Below, one piece after another: positions 1 to 9,780 of a stretch of 64,000 nt of DNA. The notes beneath the pieces are model-generated. The model was given only the letters and a program-made list of their open reading frames with translations. It did no database searches and had not been told where the DNA came from. Origin of the DNA: a bacterium (lineage in GTDB: Bacteria; Patescibacteriota; Minisyncoccia; Phycocordibacterales; UBA2100); the NCBI GenBank assembly GCA_030674455.1, contig JAUSGQ010000007.1, positions 83,947 through 147,946 on the forward strand, given 5' to 3'. Position 1 is the first letter of the stretch, and each line of letters opens with the position of its first letter. Both the position numbers and the translations under genes were made by a program.

Positions 1-864
1 GGAAATTCTTTGCGCCGCATCGTGCTTTCATCTCTGCCGGGAGCCGCTGTCACGCATGTAAAGATACCGGGCGTAGCGCACGAATTCTCTACTATTGAAG
101 GCGTCAAGGAAGACGTCGTTACAATATTGCTTAATATACGAAAGATACGCCTCAAGCTCGTTACCGACGAGCCTCAAACGATTACGCTTCACGTCAAAGG
201 ACCAAAGGCTGTGACAGCTGCAGACTTGAAGCTCCCAGGCCAAGTTGAAGTTCTGAATCCCGAGAGCCATATCGCAGACATCAGCGGAAAAGTGACATTG
301 GAAGTTGAACTTCGCGCGGAACGCGGCCTCGGCTACATTCCGAAGGAAGTGCATCAGAAAGAGCGCGTTGATGTGGGTACTATCGCATTAGACGCTATTT
401 TCTCTCCGATTCGCCGCGTGAATTACGAAGTCGAGAACATGCGCGTGGGCGACAGAACGGATTTCAACCGTTTGCGAATCCTCATTGAGACGGATGGAAC
501 CATCGCCCCGAGAGAGGCGCTTGAGCGCTCAATAGAGACAATGATCCACCAACTTAAGGCCGTCGTCGGCTTCAGAGAAGAGGATGTCGCTGAGCGCGAT
601 GTCATGGCCTCTGCCGGTATACGGGAATCAAGGCGCGATGAGAAAGCGGCGCCTGACGCAGAAGTCCTCAAGACTCGCATCACCGAATTGAACATGCCGC
701 AGCGAGTAACGGATGCCTTAGATAACGCTTCGATACGGACAGTCGGCGGACTCGTGCGCAAGCGCGAAGACGACCTGCTTTCTATTGAAGGGCTCGGCCA
801 AAAGGGCCTGCAAGACATCAAGCGCGCGCTTTCTAACCTCGGCCTAACACTTCGCTCCCAATAA
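1..864 (+). CDS. rpoA: RNA polymerase alpha subunit (5'-truncated by window edge)
   Basis: Frame is open from base 1 (GNSLRRIVLSSLPGAAVT); HEFSTIEGVKED and DAIFSPIRRVNY motifs; alpha-CTD; followed by rplQ. Confidence 0.98.
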   Translation, partial: GNSLRRIVLSSLPGAAVTHVKIPGVAHEFSTIEGVKEDVVTILLNIRKIRLKLVTDEPQTITLHVKGPKAVTAADLKLPGQVEVLNPESHIADISGKVTLEVELRAERGLGYIPKEVHQKERVDVGTIALDAIFSPIRRVNYEVENMRVGDRTDFNRLRILIETDGTIAPREALERSIETMIHQLKAVVGFREEDVAERDVMASAGIRESRRDEKAAPDAEVLKTRITELNMPQRVTDALDNASIRTVGGLVRKREDDLLSIEGLGQKGLQDIKRALSNLGLTLRSQ

Positions 865-869
865 GTATG

Positions 870-969
870 TCCCAATTTACAAATGATACGAATACTACGA
901 ATGGCCACGAATATACGCGGATTAACATTTGTAGTTATTTGTAGATTGGAATTGATTCGTAGATTGGTA
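870..969. repeat. ~100-bp imperfect inverted-repeat element, family A, copy 1
   Basis: Built from TACGAAT/TACAAAT and ATTCGTAG/ATTTGTAG units; its reverse complement aligns colinearly with 20958-21056. Confidence 0.8.
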
Positions 970-974
970 ACCAT

Positions 975-1343
975 ATGAAGCATCACAACAAAAAGAGAAC
1001 GCTCGGACGAAAGACAGGACAACGGACAGCGCTATTGCGCAGCTTGGCCAGGTCTCTCATTCTTGCCGGAGGAATAACGACAACCATTGCCCGTGCAAAA
1101 GAATTGCGTCCTTTTGTTGAGAAATTGATTTCTGCAAGCAAAGCAAACACGACTGCTTCTCGCCGGACCGTTTCGGCGCGCCTGGGCGGCAGTCCTGACG
1201 CAGTCTTAGAGCTTCACCAAAAAATAGCGCCCGGCTTTAAGGCACGAGTCGGTGGATATACGCGAATTGTCCGGTTAGGGCGCGTTGGGAAGAGGGCGAT
1301 TGAATCCGCACGCATTGAATTAGTGACTGCAGACGGCAAATAA
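975..1343 (+). CDS. rplQ: 50S ribosomal protein L17
   Basis: MKHHNKKRTLGR, ITTTIARAKELRPFVEKLI and GGYTRIVRLG motifs. Confidence 0.97.
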   Translation: MKHHNKKRTLGRKTGQRTALLRSLARSLILAGGITTTIARAKELRPFVEKLISASKANTTASRRTVSARLGGSPDAVLELHQKIAPGFKARVGGYTRIVRLGRVGKRAIESARIELVTADGK

Positions 1344-1348
1344 TTTTT

Positions 1349-1705
1349 ATGGCTAAACAATCCGAATATACTATTGATGCGGCCGGCAAGAGCATGGGGC
1401 GCGTTGCCTCGCTTGCAGCGAAGACGCTTATGGGAAAGACCGAAGCGCAATACACGCCGCACATTCGCTCCGACGTTAAAGTAACCATCGTGAACGCATC
1501 CAAGCTGATTAATACTGATAAGAAGCAGCTTGGAAAGAAATACACTTCGTACTCCGGCTACCCTGGCGGATTGAAGACTGAAGCGCTCGGCAAGCTCCAG
1601 ATTCGCAAGGGCCATGGCGAGCCGCTTCGTCGCGCGATCGAGAGAATGCTCCCTCGCAACACTATGCGCGTTGCCAGAATGAAGAACCTCACAATCGTTG
1701 TATAA
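1349..1705 (+). CDS. rplM: 50S ribosomal protein L13 (short form)
   Basis: IDAAGKSMGRVAS, YSGYPGGLK and MLPRN motifs; precedes rpsI. Confidence 0.96.
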   Translation: MAKQSEYTIDAAGKSMGRVASLAAKTLMGKTEAQYTPHIRSDVKVTIVNASKLINTDKKQLGKKYTSYSGYPGGLKTEALGKLQIRKGHGEPLRRAIERMLPRNTMRVARMKNLTIVV

Positions 1706-1708
1706 TGC

Positions 1709-1817
1709 AATTTATAATTCTCAATTTTGCAATTTATAATCAATATGCAATGAGCTAATTATCAAACATGGAACATTGAAAATTCAATGAAAATTGGAAA
1801 TTAATAATTGAAAATTC
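1709..1817. repeat. 109-bp AT-rich inverted-repeat element, family B, copy 1
   Basis: CAATTT-type then GAAAATT-type units; colinear with the reverse complement of 38333-38441. Confidence 0.8.
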
Positions 1818-1830
1818 ATTTACTATCACT

Positions 1831-2226
1831 ATGTCAACCAAAGAAAGATACGTAGAAGCAGTTGGACGAAGAAAGACCGCGAGCGCACGAGTTCGGCTTG
1901 TTCCCGCAAAGACTTCATCAATGACAGTAAACGGAAAGACTGCCGCGGAATATTTCCCGCTCGAAGCGCTCGTAAAGACCGCTTTTGAATCGTTAACCTC
2001 AACCAATTCGACGTACGCAGTTTCGGTGCACGTATCCGGCGGAGGCCACAAAGGGCAGGCAACAGCAGTGCGGCACGCGATTTCCCGCGCACTCACGGAA
2101 ATCACACCCGAATTCCGCAAAGACCTTAAGCACAGAGGATTTTTGAAACGCGACCCGAGAGCGAAAGAGCGAAAGAAATTCGGTCTCAAGAAAGCGAGAA
2201 GGGCTCCTCAATGGAGTAAGCGCTAA
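1831..2226 (+). CDS. rpsI: 30S ribosomal protein S9
   Basis: GRRKTASARV, GGGHKGQA and RDPRAKERKKFGLKKARRAPQWSKR motifs. Confidence 0.98.
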   Translation: MSTKERYVEAVGRRKTASARVRLVPAKTSSMTVNGKTAAEYFPLEALVKTAFESLTSTNSTYAVSVHVSGGGHKGQATAVRHAISRALTEITPEFRKDLKHRGFLKRDPRAKERKKFGLKKARRAPQWSKR

Positions 2227-2239
2227 CAAACCAATTGGT

Positions 2240-2497
2240 ATGCATCCAATACGTGTCGGTATAATCAACGCGATCCTGCCCGGCCTCGGCTATTTATTAC
2301 TTGGGCGACGTCTGCTATTCGGTTGGCTTATCTTCGCCGGGACTATACTGTTGATCATTGCCAGTTTTGTAGAACCTGCGGCAAATGATCTACTTCTTAG
2401 TACGACTTTTGAAGGAAGAATTCTTGAGGCTTTCTTCATGGGTGTGTGGGCAATAGCCTTTGGAGTTGATGCGTATAACGAAGCGCGAGTAAAATGA
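2240..2497 (+). CDS. Small membrane protein
   Basis: 85 aa; PGLGYLLLG motif and 2-3 hydrophobic segments. Confidence 0.7.
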   Translation: MHPIRVGIINAILPGLGYLLLGRRLLFGWLIFAGTILLIIASFVEPAANDLLLSTTFEGRILEAFFMGVWAIAFGVDAYNEARVK

Positions 2498-2569
2498 ACT
2501 CCTGCTTAGCCCTAGGCCATAGACTCTCGGTCTAGAAGTCGAAAGGTTTTTTTGTTATACTCACGCTCC

Positions 2570-3148
2570 ATGACAGAGGAGCGTAAAAAAAATGAGGCTC
2601 CTGAAACGGAGTCTCATGATGAAGTCGATTTTGAACCCGAAGAAGAGTTCGGAACTTTTGGTGCTGCAAAAGCAAAACTCGCCAAATTAAGGGCGGAGCT
2701 TGAGAAGTGCAAAGAAGAAAAGCAGGAATATCTTGTCGGCTGGCAGAGATGCAAAGCCGATTCAATCAATGCGAAAAAAGATGCAATTAATATGGCGGAG
2801 CGGGCGGGAAATCGCGCGCGAGATTCGCTCATCGAAGATATCATTCCGGCGCTTGATAGCTTTGATATGGCGATATCGAGCGGCACATGGGCAACCATGG
2901 ACGAGAATTGGCGCAGGGGAATGGAAAATGTCCGTTCGCAATTGCTTTCGGCTATTTACAATCAGGGGGTTGAAGACTTCGCTGAAATTGGAGACGAATT
3001 TGACCCGGCCATGCATGAAGCGGTGCAAGAAGTTGAAGAGAATGGCGGAAAACCCGGAACTATCGCAAACGTAATTCGCCGCGGGTATCGGAGAGAAAAT
3101 CAGATAATTCGAGCAGCCCAGGTTTCAGTTGTAGTTCACAAAAAATAG
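2570..3148 (+). CDS. grpE: Nucleotide exchange factor GrpE
   Basis: WQRCKAD coiled coil, FDPAMHEAV and RRGY...IRAAQVSV; start placed at ATG 2570 after TATACT. Confidence 0.96.
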   Translation: MTEERKKNEAPETESHDEVDFEPEEEFGTFGAAKAKLAKLRAELEKCKEEKQEYLVGWQRCKADSINAKKDAINMAERAGNRARDSLIEDIIPALDSFDMAISSGTWATMDENWRRGMENVRSQLLSAIYNQGVEDFAEIGDEFDPAMHEAVQEVEENGGKPGTIANVIRRGYRRENQIIRAAQVSVVVHKK

Positions 3149-3199
3149 AGTACGATTAGATTGACAAAAGCTTTCTAACTATTTATATATAATGTTGAT

Positions 3200-3319
3200 A
3201 AAATCCAAATCTCAAAATCCAAATCTCAAACAAATTACAATGATTAAATTCCAAACAATTCCGGTTTGTTTAATTAGTTTATTTACTGGAGCTTGTTTGT
3301 AATTTGGAGCTTGGAGCTT
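3200..3319. repeat. Heptad-like inverted-repeat element between grpE and dnaK
   Basis: AAATCCAAATCTCAA tandem on the left arm; TTTGTAATTTGGAGCTTGGAGCTT on the right arm. Confidence 0.65.
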
Positions 3320-3332
3320 AATATATAAATAC

Positions 3333-5249
3333 ATGGGAAAAATAATTGGCATCGACTTAGGAACTACAAACTCGGCAGTTGCCGTTGTTCGCGGCGGTGA
3401 GCCGGAAATCGTCGAGAACGCGGAAGGGGCGCGAACCACTCCATCCGTAGTCGCAATCTCTAAAACAGGGGAGCGCCTCGTGGGACTACTGGCGAGAAGG
3501 CAAGCTGTTACGAATCCAAAAAACACGATATTCCAAATAAAGCGCTTTATCGGCCACTCGTTTGACGAGCCCGCCGTCGACAAAGACAGAAAGGCCGTAC
3601 CGTTTGAGATACGAAAATCTACCAGCGGCGGCATTGAGGTGCACATGGGCGCCGCTCCGGGCGGGTCGGACGAGCCAAAGTGGTACCGTCCTGAAGAAAT
3701 TTCAGCGATGATTTTGCAGAAATTAAAACAGGATGCGGAAGCAAAGCTGGGAGAGACAATAACCGAAGCTGTTATAACGGTACCCGCATACTTTAACGAT
3801 GCACAGCGCCAGGCAACGCGAGATGCCGGAAAAATCGCCGGTCTTGATGTAAAAAGAATAATCAATGAGCCGACTGCGGCCGCGCTTGCATATGGTTTTA
3901 ATAAAAAGAAAAACGAGAAGATCGTCGTATTCGATTTTGGCGGAGGAACGTTTGACATATCGGTTCTCGAAGTCGGCGATGACGTGATAGAGGTGCGTTC
4001 AACCGATGGTGACAGCCACCTAGGAGGAAAAGACATCGACCAAAAGATAATGGCGTGGATTGCCGATGAGTTTAAGAAAGAGTCGGGGATTGATGTGCGT
4101 AATGATGCCCTAGCCCGCCAGCGCCTTGATGAGGCAGCGGAAAAGGCAAAAATAGAGCTCTCAACCGCTCTCGAAACCGAGATTAACATTCCATTCATCA
4201 CCTCTGATGCGTCCGGTCCGCGGCACTTGCTTGTTAAGATGACGCGGGCAAAGCTGGAAGATATTGCCCGCGAATTCATCGAGAAAGCGATGACCATTAC
4301 CAAGCGGGCGATGGACGCATCACCTTTTAAAAACGGCGACCTGAACGAAGTCATCCTGGTCGGCGGACAAACGCGCATGCCTGCCCTCCAAAAAGCCGTT
4401 GAGGATTTCTTTAAGAAGAAGCCCAACATGACGGTGAATCCGGACGAGGTAGTCGCAATCGGAGCCGCCATACAAGGAGGCATTCTTCAGGGCGATGTAA
4501 AAGATGTTTTGCTTCTTGATGTAATCCCTCTGTCTATGGGAATTGAAACGATGGGAGGAGTGGCGACAAAAATCATTGAACGAAATACGACGATACCAAC
4601 ATCGCGCTCGCAAGTATTTTCGACTGCATCCGACAACCAGCCGTCTGTTGAAATACACATCGTGCAGGGCGAGAGGCCGATGGCAGCTGACAACAAATCG
4701 CTCGGAAGATTCAACCTCGACGGTATTCCACCGGCGCCGCGCGGCATGCCTCAAGTTGAGGTAAAATTCGACATAGACGCGAACGGCATCTTGAGCGTTA
4801 CCGCAAAAGACAAAACGACCGGAAAGGAACAGTCAATCAGAATTGAAGCGCGTTCCGGCCTCACGGATGCCGAAGTTGAAAAGATGCGCAAAGATGCTGA
4901 CACTAATGCCGAGGCCGACAAACAAAAACGGGAACTTGTTGAAGCCCAAAATGCAGCAGACCAGCTCCAATATTCCGCAGAAAAAGCTCTCAAAGAGCAC
5001 GGAGAGAAGGTGAGCGAGGATATACGCAAGAATGTAGAGGTGAGAATTGACGCTCTTAAGACTGCGCGCGCAGGCACCGATGCCGCAGCGATAAAAACGG
5101 CGTCTGAGGCGCTTTCATCAGCGATGAGCGCGATTGGCCCCGCCGTCGCCAAGGCTAAGGCGGACGAGGAAGCGCAGTCGAAGACTCCGCCTGCGCAAGA
5201 GCCGCCAAATGGTGACGAGCAAAAACCGCCGGATAGTGAAACAAAGTGA
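3333..5249 (+). CDS. dnaK: Chaperone DnaK (Hsp70)
   Basis: [17 protein letters not shown] and DFGGGTFD motifs. Confidence 0.99.
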   Translation: MGKIIGIDLGTTNSAVAVVRGGEPEIVENAEGARTTPSVVAISKTGERLVGLLARRQAVTNPKNTIFQIKRFIGHSFDEPAVDKDRKAVPFEIRKSTSGGIEVHMGAAPGGSDEPKWYRPEEISAMILQKLKQDAEAKLGETITEAVITVPAYFNDAQRQATRDAGKIAGLDVKRIINEPTAAALAYGFNKKKNEKIVVFDFGGGTFDISVLEVGDDVIEVRSTDGDSHLGGKDIDQKIMAWIADEFKKESGIDVRNDALARQRLDEAAEKAKIELSTALETEINIPFITSDASGPRHLLVKMTRAKLEDIAREFIEKAMTITKRAMDASPFKNGDLNEVILVGGQTRMPALQKAVEDFFKKKPNMTVNPDEVVAIGAAIQGGILQGDVKDVLLLDVIPLSMGIETMGGVATKIIERNTTIPTSRSQVFSTASDNQPSVEIHIVQGERPMAADNKSLGRFNLDGIPPAPRGMPQVEVKFDIDANGILSVTAKDKTTGKEQSIRIEARSGLTDAEVEKMRKDADTNAEADKQKRELVEAQNAADQLQYSAEKALKEHGEKVSEDIRKNVEVRIDALKTARAGTDAAAIKTASEALSSAMSAIGPAVAKAKADEEAQSKTPPAQEPPNGDEQKPPDSETK

Positions 5250-5311
5250 GCGAGCAGTCTTAAGGTTCTAGGTTCTAATAATTGACGCCTAGGCTGTTGA
5301 TGTTAGAGTTA

Positions 5312-5878
5312 TTAAAGCCCGAAGATTTTCTTGAAAGAATTCTCGTGGGTAATGCGCTCTGCAACCGCAATTTCAATATTATTTGTAATGTTGAAATAAT
5401 CAGCGATGACCTCAAGTTCTTCTTCGCACGGATAGGGACATATAAATACTGACTTTTGATACCTTTCAAACCCAAGCCGCTTTAACGTGGCCGCGAATGC
5501 GTCGCGCGCTGATTTCATCTGATTTGGTATATCGAAGAACACGAGATGCCACCTGCTATCCCAGACAGCCAGTTTGGCCGGCCTGAGATCATATATCGCA
5601 TTACGTGCAACGACCTTGGCACCAGCCTTTGTAAGCTCAATCTCAGCCCGTTCATTCCCATATCTACGGATTCTTATATATTTCTTGTCAATAATATATT
5701 TTGAAATATATCTAAGCTGGCGCTCCGAAGCCTGCTGAAGTTTCTCGAAATCACGAAGTGCGCGGTAGGCACTCAATGAGTTTCGGGCAGGGTGTCGCGA
5801 AATTGCTATTGCTGCATTGCCAATGGTACTCAATACCTTATAGAGAAGTTGACTCTTGCGACTTGACGAGATTTTCAT
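5312..5878 (-). CDS. PaaX-like protein (wHTH-like N-terminus plus Cas2-like ferredoxin-fold domain)
   Basis: LTKAG, WDSRWHLVFFDIP, LKRLGF and YQKSVFICPYPC motifs; start placed at MKISSS. Confidence 0.8.
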   Translation of the reverse strand: MKISSSRKSQLLYKVLSTIGNAAIAISRHPARNSLSAYRALRDFEKLQQASERQLRYISKYIIDKKYIRIRRYGNERAEIELTKAGAKVVARNAIYDLRPAKLAVWDSRWHLVFFDIPNQMKSARDAFAATLKRLGFERYQKSVFICPYPCEEELEVIADYFNITNNIEIAVAERITHENSFKKIFGL

Positions 5879-5908
5879 AGAAAGCCTGTCAAGAAAGTAT
5901 AACATCCT

Positions 5909-5920
5909 ACGCCTAGGCGT
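5909..5920. repeat. Palindrome ACGCCTAGGCGT, with a degenerate partner at 5281-5301
   Basis: Perfect 12-bp palindrome upstream of the PaaX-like gene; ATTGACGCCTAGGCTGTTGAT lies just past its stop. Confidence 0.75.
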
Positions 5921-5968
5921 GTGCAGATAGATTCTTGCGATTAGTTCTTCGGGTTATACTTCACTGTA

Positions 5969-6490
5969 ATGAAGCTGGTCAGGCCTTCTGCAAAATACGA
6001 GAAGAGTTTTAAACAAGCGGTGCAAGAGTTTAAGGACGCAAAGTTTGATTCGCATTATCATGATGCTTTTGCAAATTTGCAAAATATAGGATTTGATGAA
6101 TTTGTAAAAAATGAGGTCGAGAAATCTAAAGGCAAGCATCTGCAGAAAGGGTACGTTCCGGAAACTGTGTTTTGGCTAGTCGAGGGCAATGAATATATAG
6201 GGCGCATATCAGTGCGGCACGAGTTGAATGATAATTTACTGCGCATTGGCGGACACATTGGTTATGAGATACGTCCCTCGCGCCGAGGCCAGGGATATGG
6301 AACCGCTATTCTCGCCAAAGTGCTAACAAAGGTAAGGAGACTGGGAATAAAGCGCGTGCTTCTTACATGCGACGCGACAAATATAATTTCACGAAGGATT
6401 ATTGAGCGCGCAGGTGGTGTCTTGGAAAATGAAGTTTCAAATGCAAGCGGTCCCAACAAGTTAAGATTTTGGATCGATATTACGCGATAG
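5969..6490 (+). CDS. GNAT family N-acetyltransferase
   Basis: GGHIGYEIRPSRRGQGYG acetyl-CoA motif; LTCDATNIISRRIIERAGG. Confidence 0.92.
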   Translation: MKLVRPSAKYEKSFKQAVQEFKDAKFDSHYHDAFANLQNIGFDEFVKNEVEKSKGKHLQKGYVPETVFWLVEGNEYIGRISVRHELNDNLLRIGGHIGYEIRPSRRGQGYGTAILAKVLTKVRRLGIKRVLLTCDATNIISRRIIERAGGVLENEVSNASGPNKLRFWIDITR

Positions 6491-6525
6491 CTTTTCTTTT
6501 GAAGACATTCAACTATAATGGATGG

Positions 6526-7599
6526 ATGAAAAACTATTACGATATTCTCGGTATATCTAAGACGGCGACGGATGATGAGATAAAATCTGCATTTCGAAAG
6601 CTTGCACATAAGTATCACCCCGACAAGAAAGGAGGCGACGAAAAGAAATTCAAAGAAGCGAGCGAGGCGTACGCAGTACTATCCGACAAGAAAAAGCGCG
6701 CTCAGTACGATACGTACGGAAGTGCGTTTGCGGGAGGCCAGGAAGGGCCGCGAGGCGGTTTCGGCGGCTTTGATTTCTCCAATTTCGCGCGCGGAAGCGC
6801 AAACTTTGACCAAGAATTCGACCTCGGCGATATTTTCGGCGAGTTCTTTGGCGCGGGCGCCCGAGGCGGGTCCGCGCGAAGAGGGCGTGATATTTCAGTT
6901 GATATTGAGCTTCCGTTCCGCGAAGCGATTTTTGGTACAGAGCGGCGGATGCTCATCGCTAAAATGGCGGTCTGCGGGGTCTGTGATGGCACAGGAGCCA
7001 AAAAAGGCACAAAGCGCACCACATGCTCATCTTGCAACGGCAAGGGCAGCATTCGCGAAGCGCGCAATACATTCTTCGGCAATTTCACCACAGAGCGCGT
7101 TTGCCCGCGCTGTTTGGGGAGGGGCGAAGTTCCCGAGCATGAGTGCGAAGTCTGCAAAGGCCAGGGAGTTGCAAAACGGGAAGAAGAAATACATGTCGTT
7201 ATTCCTGCTGGTATATCCGATGGAGAAATGATACGCATGCCCGGCCGCGGCGAAGCAGTGGCGGGAGGCACTGCTGGCGATTTGTACGTCAAACTTCATA
7301 TTAAAGAAGACAAAGCATTTGCCCGAGACGGACACAATCTTATGACCGTACTTCATTTGAAACTTACGGATGCTCTGCTTGGCGGTGAATTCAAAGTTGA
7401 AACACTCGACGGCCCGACAACCGTGCGCGTTCCTCAAGGCGTCGCGCATGGCGAACTTATACGCGTAAGAGAACGAGGAGTGCCATACGGCAGAGGTTCG
7501 CGGGGTGACCTGTTTGTTCGCGTTGATATACAATTGCCTAAGAAACTCTCGCGCGCGGCGAGCGAGCTTATTGCACAGCTTCGTAAAGAGGGACTGTAA
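6526..7599 (+). CDS. dnaJ: Chaperone DnaJ
   Basis: J domain with HPD, G/F-rich region, four CxxCxGxG repeats. Confidence 0.98.
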   Translation: MKNYYDILGISKTATDDEIKSAFRKLAHKYHPDKKGGDEKKFKEASEAYAVLSDKKKRAQYDTYGSAFAGGQEGPRGGFGGFDFSNFARGSANFDQEFDLGDIFGEFFGAGARGGSARRGRDISVDIELPFREAIFGTERRMLIAKMAVCGVCDGTGAKKGTKRTTCSSCNGKGSIREARNTFFGNFTTERVCPRCLGRGEVPEHECEVCKGQGVAKREEEIHVVIPAGISDGEMIRMPGRGEAVAGGTAGDLYVKLHIKEDKAFARDGHNLMTVLHLKLTDALLGGEFKVETLDGPTTVRVPQGVAHGELIRVRERGVPYGRGSRGDLFVRVDIQLPKKLSRAASELIAQLRKEGL

Positions 7600-7665
7600 G
7601 GGCAGGTTTAAGGTTTTAGGTGTCAGGTTATAGGAAATCTTTAAAACCAAACAAGAAATCTTTTC

Positions 7666-8157
7666 ATGGAAATATCCTCAATTAGCAATTTCTTTGCTTA
7701 CGTTCCGACGGACTGGATAATCATAGTCGCTCTCGCGGTCATTGCTTCATTTGATGCTATTCGTTCCGGCATGGGAAGGCAGGTCGCTCTCGCACTATCG
7801 CTGCCGGTCGCACTTTTATTTTCCACATCACTTCAAAGCGCTAAATTCCTCTCCGGCATTTTGCCGCAAATTGGAACTCCCATTTTAAAAGCGGCTTTTT
7901 TCGGGGTCCTTTTTGTGGTCGCATATTTTCTCATCCGCCGCATGACCGAATCGTATGGAAGCGGAAGCGGCGCAGTAATACAAGCTGTCGTAGCAGGCGT
8001 AGCAACGACTGCAATTATAGTCATCATCTGGTTGCAAGTGCCGGAGCTTCAAGCTATTTGGAACTTTGGCCCGCAGGTACAGGCTGTTTTTGCTGAAGCG
8101 TATCGTTTCTGGTGGCTGCTCGGCTCCTACGTTGCTCTCGCGTTTGTGAGGGGCTAA
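7666..8157 (+). CDS. Membrane protein of unknown function
   Basis: 163 aa, about five hydrophobic segments. Confidence 0.75.
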   Translation: MEISSISNFFAYVPTDWIIIVALAVIASFDAIRSGMGRQVALALSLPVALLFSTSLQSAKFLSGILPQIGTPILKAAFFGVLFVVAYFLIRRMTESYGSGSGAVIQAVVAGVATTAIIVIIWLQVPELQAIWNFGPQVQAVFAEAYRFWWLLGSYVALAFVRG

Positions 8158-8172
8158 AGCGCAAAAACGCTC

Positions 8173-8206
8173 GCCCGACCAATCGCTAATGCGATTGGTT
8201 TAGGGC
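8173..8206. terminator. Hairpin between convergent genes (ACCAATCGC-TAAT-GCGATTGGT)
   Basis: 9-bp perfect stem, extendable, lying between two stop codons. Confidence 0.5.
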
Positions 8207-9681
8207 TAATTCTTGCCAATCAAAGTTTCCGCTCCTCCGCTTATCGTTGTAACGGAACCGGAAAAGAACGGTTTGATGCTATCCGTATCTGTCGTGCCAT
8301 CTTCGGTAAGAAACACTGAATTTCCGGAGACATCTGTGTTGCCTCCCGGCAATGTATAAATTCCATAGCCATAGTTTTGTCCAACGAGATATATGTATGT
8401 AGCATCGTCTATATCAAACTGAATTGTGCGATTCGAGCCGGTAATACCGATGTCGCCCTGAATATACGCGTCTACGGAATTTCCTTTCCGAATGAGAACT
8501 CCCTCGGGAAACGATGCAGTGTAATCCCTGCCATCCGCCTCCGTTTGATATGACTGTTCGTCAACGACTACTTTGACATTCGATATGTCAGAGTTGCTCG
8601 CAGTGCCGCTCTGCCGCCACGTCAGGGAATATAGCCTCAAATCTTCCGTAGAACCCGCGGTAATGCGAATACCGGAAAATCTAACGGCCGTGTCGTTGAC
8701 ATAGCGAGTCATCGCGTTGTTCGGGTCATATTGCGAAAGAACCGCCGAAGCAGTGCCGATTTGAAGCGAAGAGTTTATGCTTTGAGAAGCGCCGCGTATG
8801 GGCAATTGCCCCTCAACGGGAACCGACGCGTCAATCGTCCTCACTTGAAGAATGGCCACTTCTCCAGAATGTTCCGAAAGGTCCCACGCCATATTTCCGT
8901 CGACAGAGAGCGCCAGAGGTTCCCCGACGCGAACTTCGAGCGGTTTTTTGAATTTAAACACTGCCGTGTGGTCAGAACGGATATACGCGTAACTTAATTC
9001 GTTATCATCTCCATCGACAAGAGACAAGTAATCAAACACCTTGTCACTCGACGGTCCTGTTCTTTGAACAGTTATGCTGTTCACTGTTAAATCCGCGCCC
9101 CTGGCGCTAATCTCGAAACTGGTGAATGGTACGTAGTACGCCTGCTGAGGCGCGATTGTGGAAACCGGCTGTTCTGCGGAGGAGACCACAAGAGCGGCAG
9201 ATTCTGTACTTACAGACGAAGAAGACAAGGCCTGCGCAGAGATTGCCGAAGCAACTTGCGTCATCGGCAGGTTAGTCTGACTAACCGCAGGTGCAACACA
9301 AAGCGCATTCAGCTTCGCGCGAGTTCTAATGCCTACAATGCCGGTACCTTTAAACAAACCTGCCGGAGTCAAGATTTCTGAGGCGAATTTCTCCTGAAAT
9401 TTGATTACCGACGTTTTCGTACGCGGACCGAAGACATTTGATTCATTGCCGGGAGAACCCGCGCTAGTTTCTGCAATCCGAGTTTCCGGGCTGGAATTCA
9501 AAAATCTTTGCAATGCCAGAACATCAACGCCAGTAGAACCAACTTTCAAATTTCTCTCCCAAGCGAAAGGGCATGCCGAAGAAGTATCGGCAAAAGCTGT
9601 TGAGGCAAAAAGAAGGAGAAAGACCGGCAAAATGAGCAACCAACGACCGCGACCGACCCGAGCAAGGGCATTAACATACAT
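8206..9681 (-). CDS. Secreted protein with peptidoglycan-binding domain and beta-rich C-terminal region
   Basis: Signal peptide ending AFA; RNLKVGSTGVDVLALQRFLN and FGPRTK...FQEK PG-binding-like motif; start placed at MYVNAL after a TATACT. Confidence 0.85.
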   Translation of the reverse strand: MYVNALARVGRGRWLLILPVFLLLFASTAFADTSSACPFAWERNLKVGSTGVDVLALQRFLNSSPETRIAETSAGSPGNESNVFGPRTKTSVIKFQEKFASEILTPAGLFKGTGIVGIRTRAKLNALCVAPAVSQTNLPMTQVASAISAQALSSSSVSTESAALVVSSAEQPVSTIAPQQAYYVPFTSFEISARGADLTVNSITVQRTGPSSDKVFDYLSLVDGDDNELSYAYIRSDHTAVFKFKKPLEVRVGEPLALSVDGNMAWDLSEHSGEVAILQVRTIDASVPVEGQLPIRGASQSINSSLQIGTASAVLSQYDPNNAMTRYVNDTAVRFSGIRITAGSTEDLRLYSLTWRQSGTASNSDISNVKVVVDEQSYQTEADGRDYTASFPEGVLIRKGNSVDAYIQGDIGITGSNRTIQFDIDDATYIYLVGQNYGYGIYTLPGGNTDVSGNSVFLTEDGTTDTDSIKPFFSGSVTTISGGAETLIGKN

Positions 9682-9780
9682 ACGATTAGTATAATATGCA
9701 TCAAGCATGGCAAGGGTATGTAACGTGATTTCTGTGCATATCCTGTGGTATATTGACTGTGCACAATAGTGCCGTAATTT

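Noticed and set aside
2498-2569. CIRCE element upstream of grpE-dnaK
   Set aside because: No TTAGCACTC-N9-GAGTGCTAA match; only a weak unrelated hairpin
3212-4483. Long antisense ORF (423 aa) and similar shadow ORFs over the P-type ATPase, otsA and aspS
   Set aside because: They lie opposite well-conserved genes and have no recognisable motifs; typical codon-bias shadows
5312-5878. CRISPR-Cas locus suggested by the Cas2-like motif
   Set aside because: No cas1, effector gene or repeat-spacer array anywhere in the window
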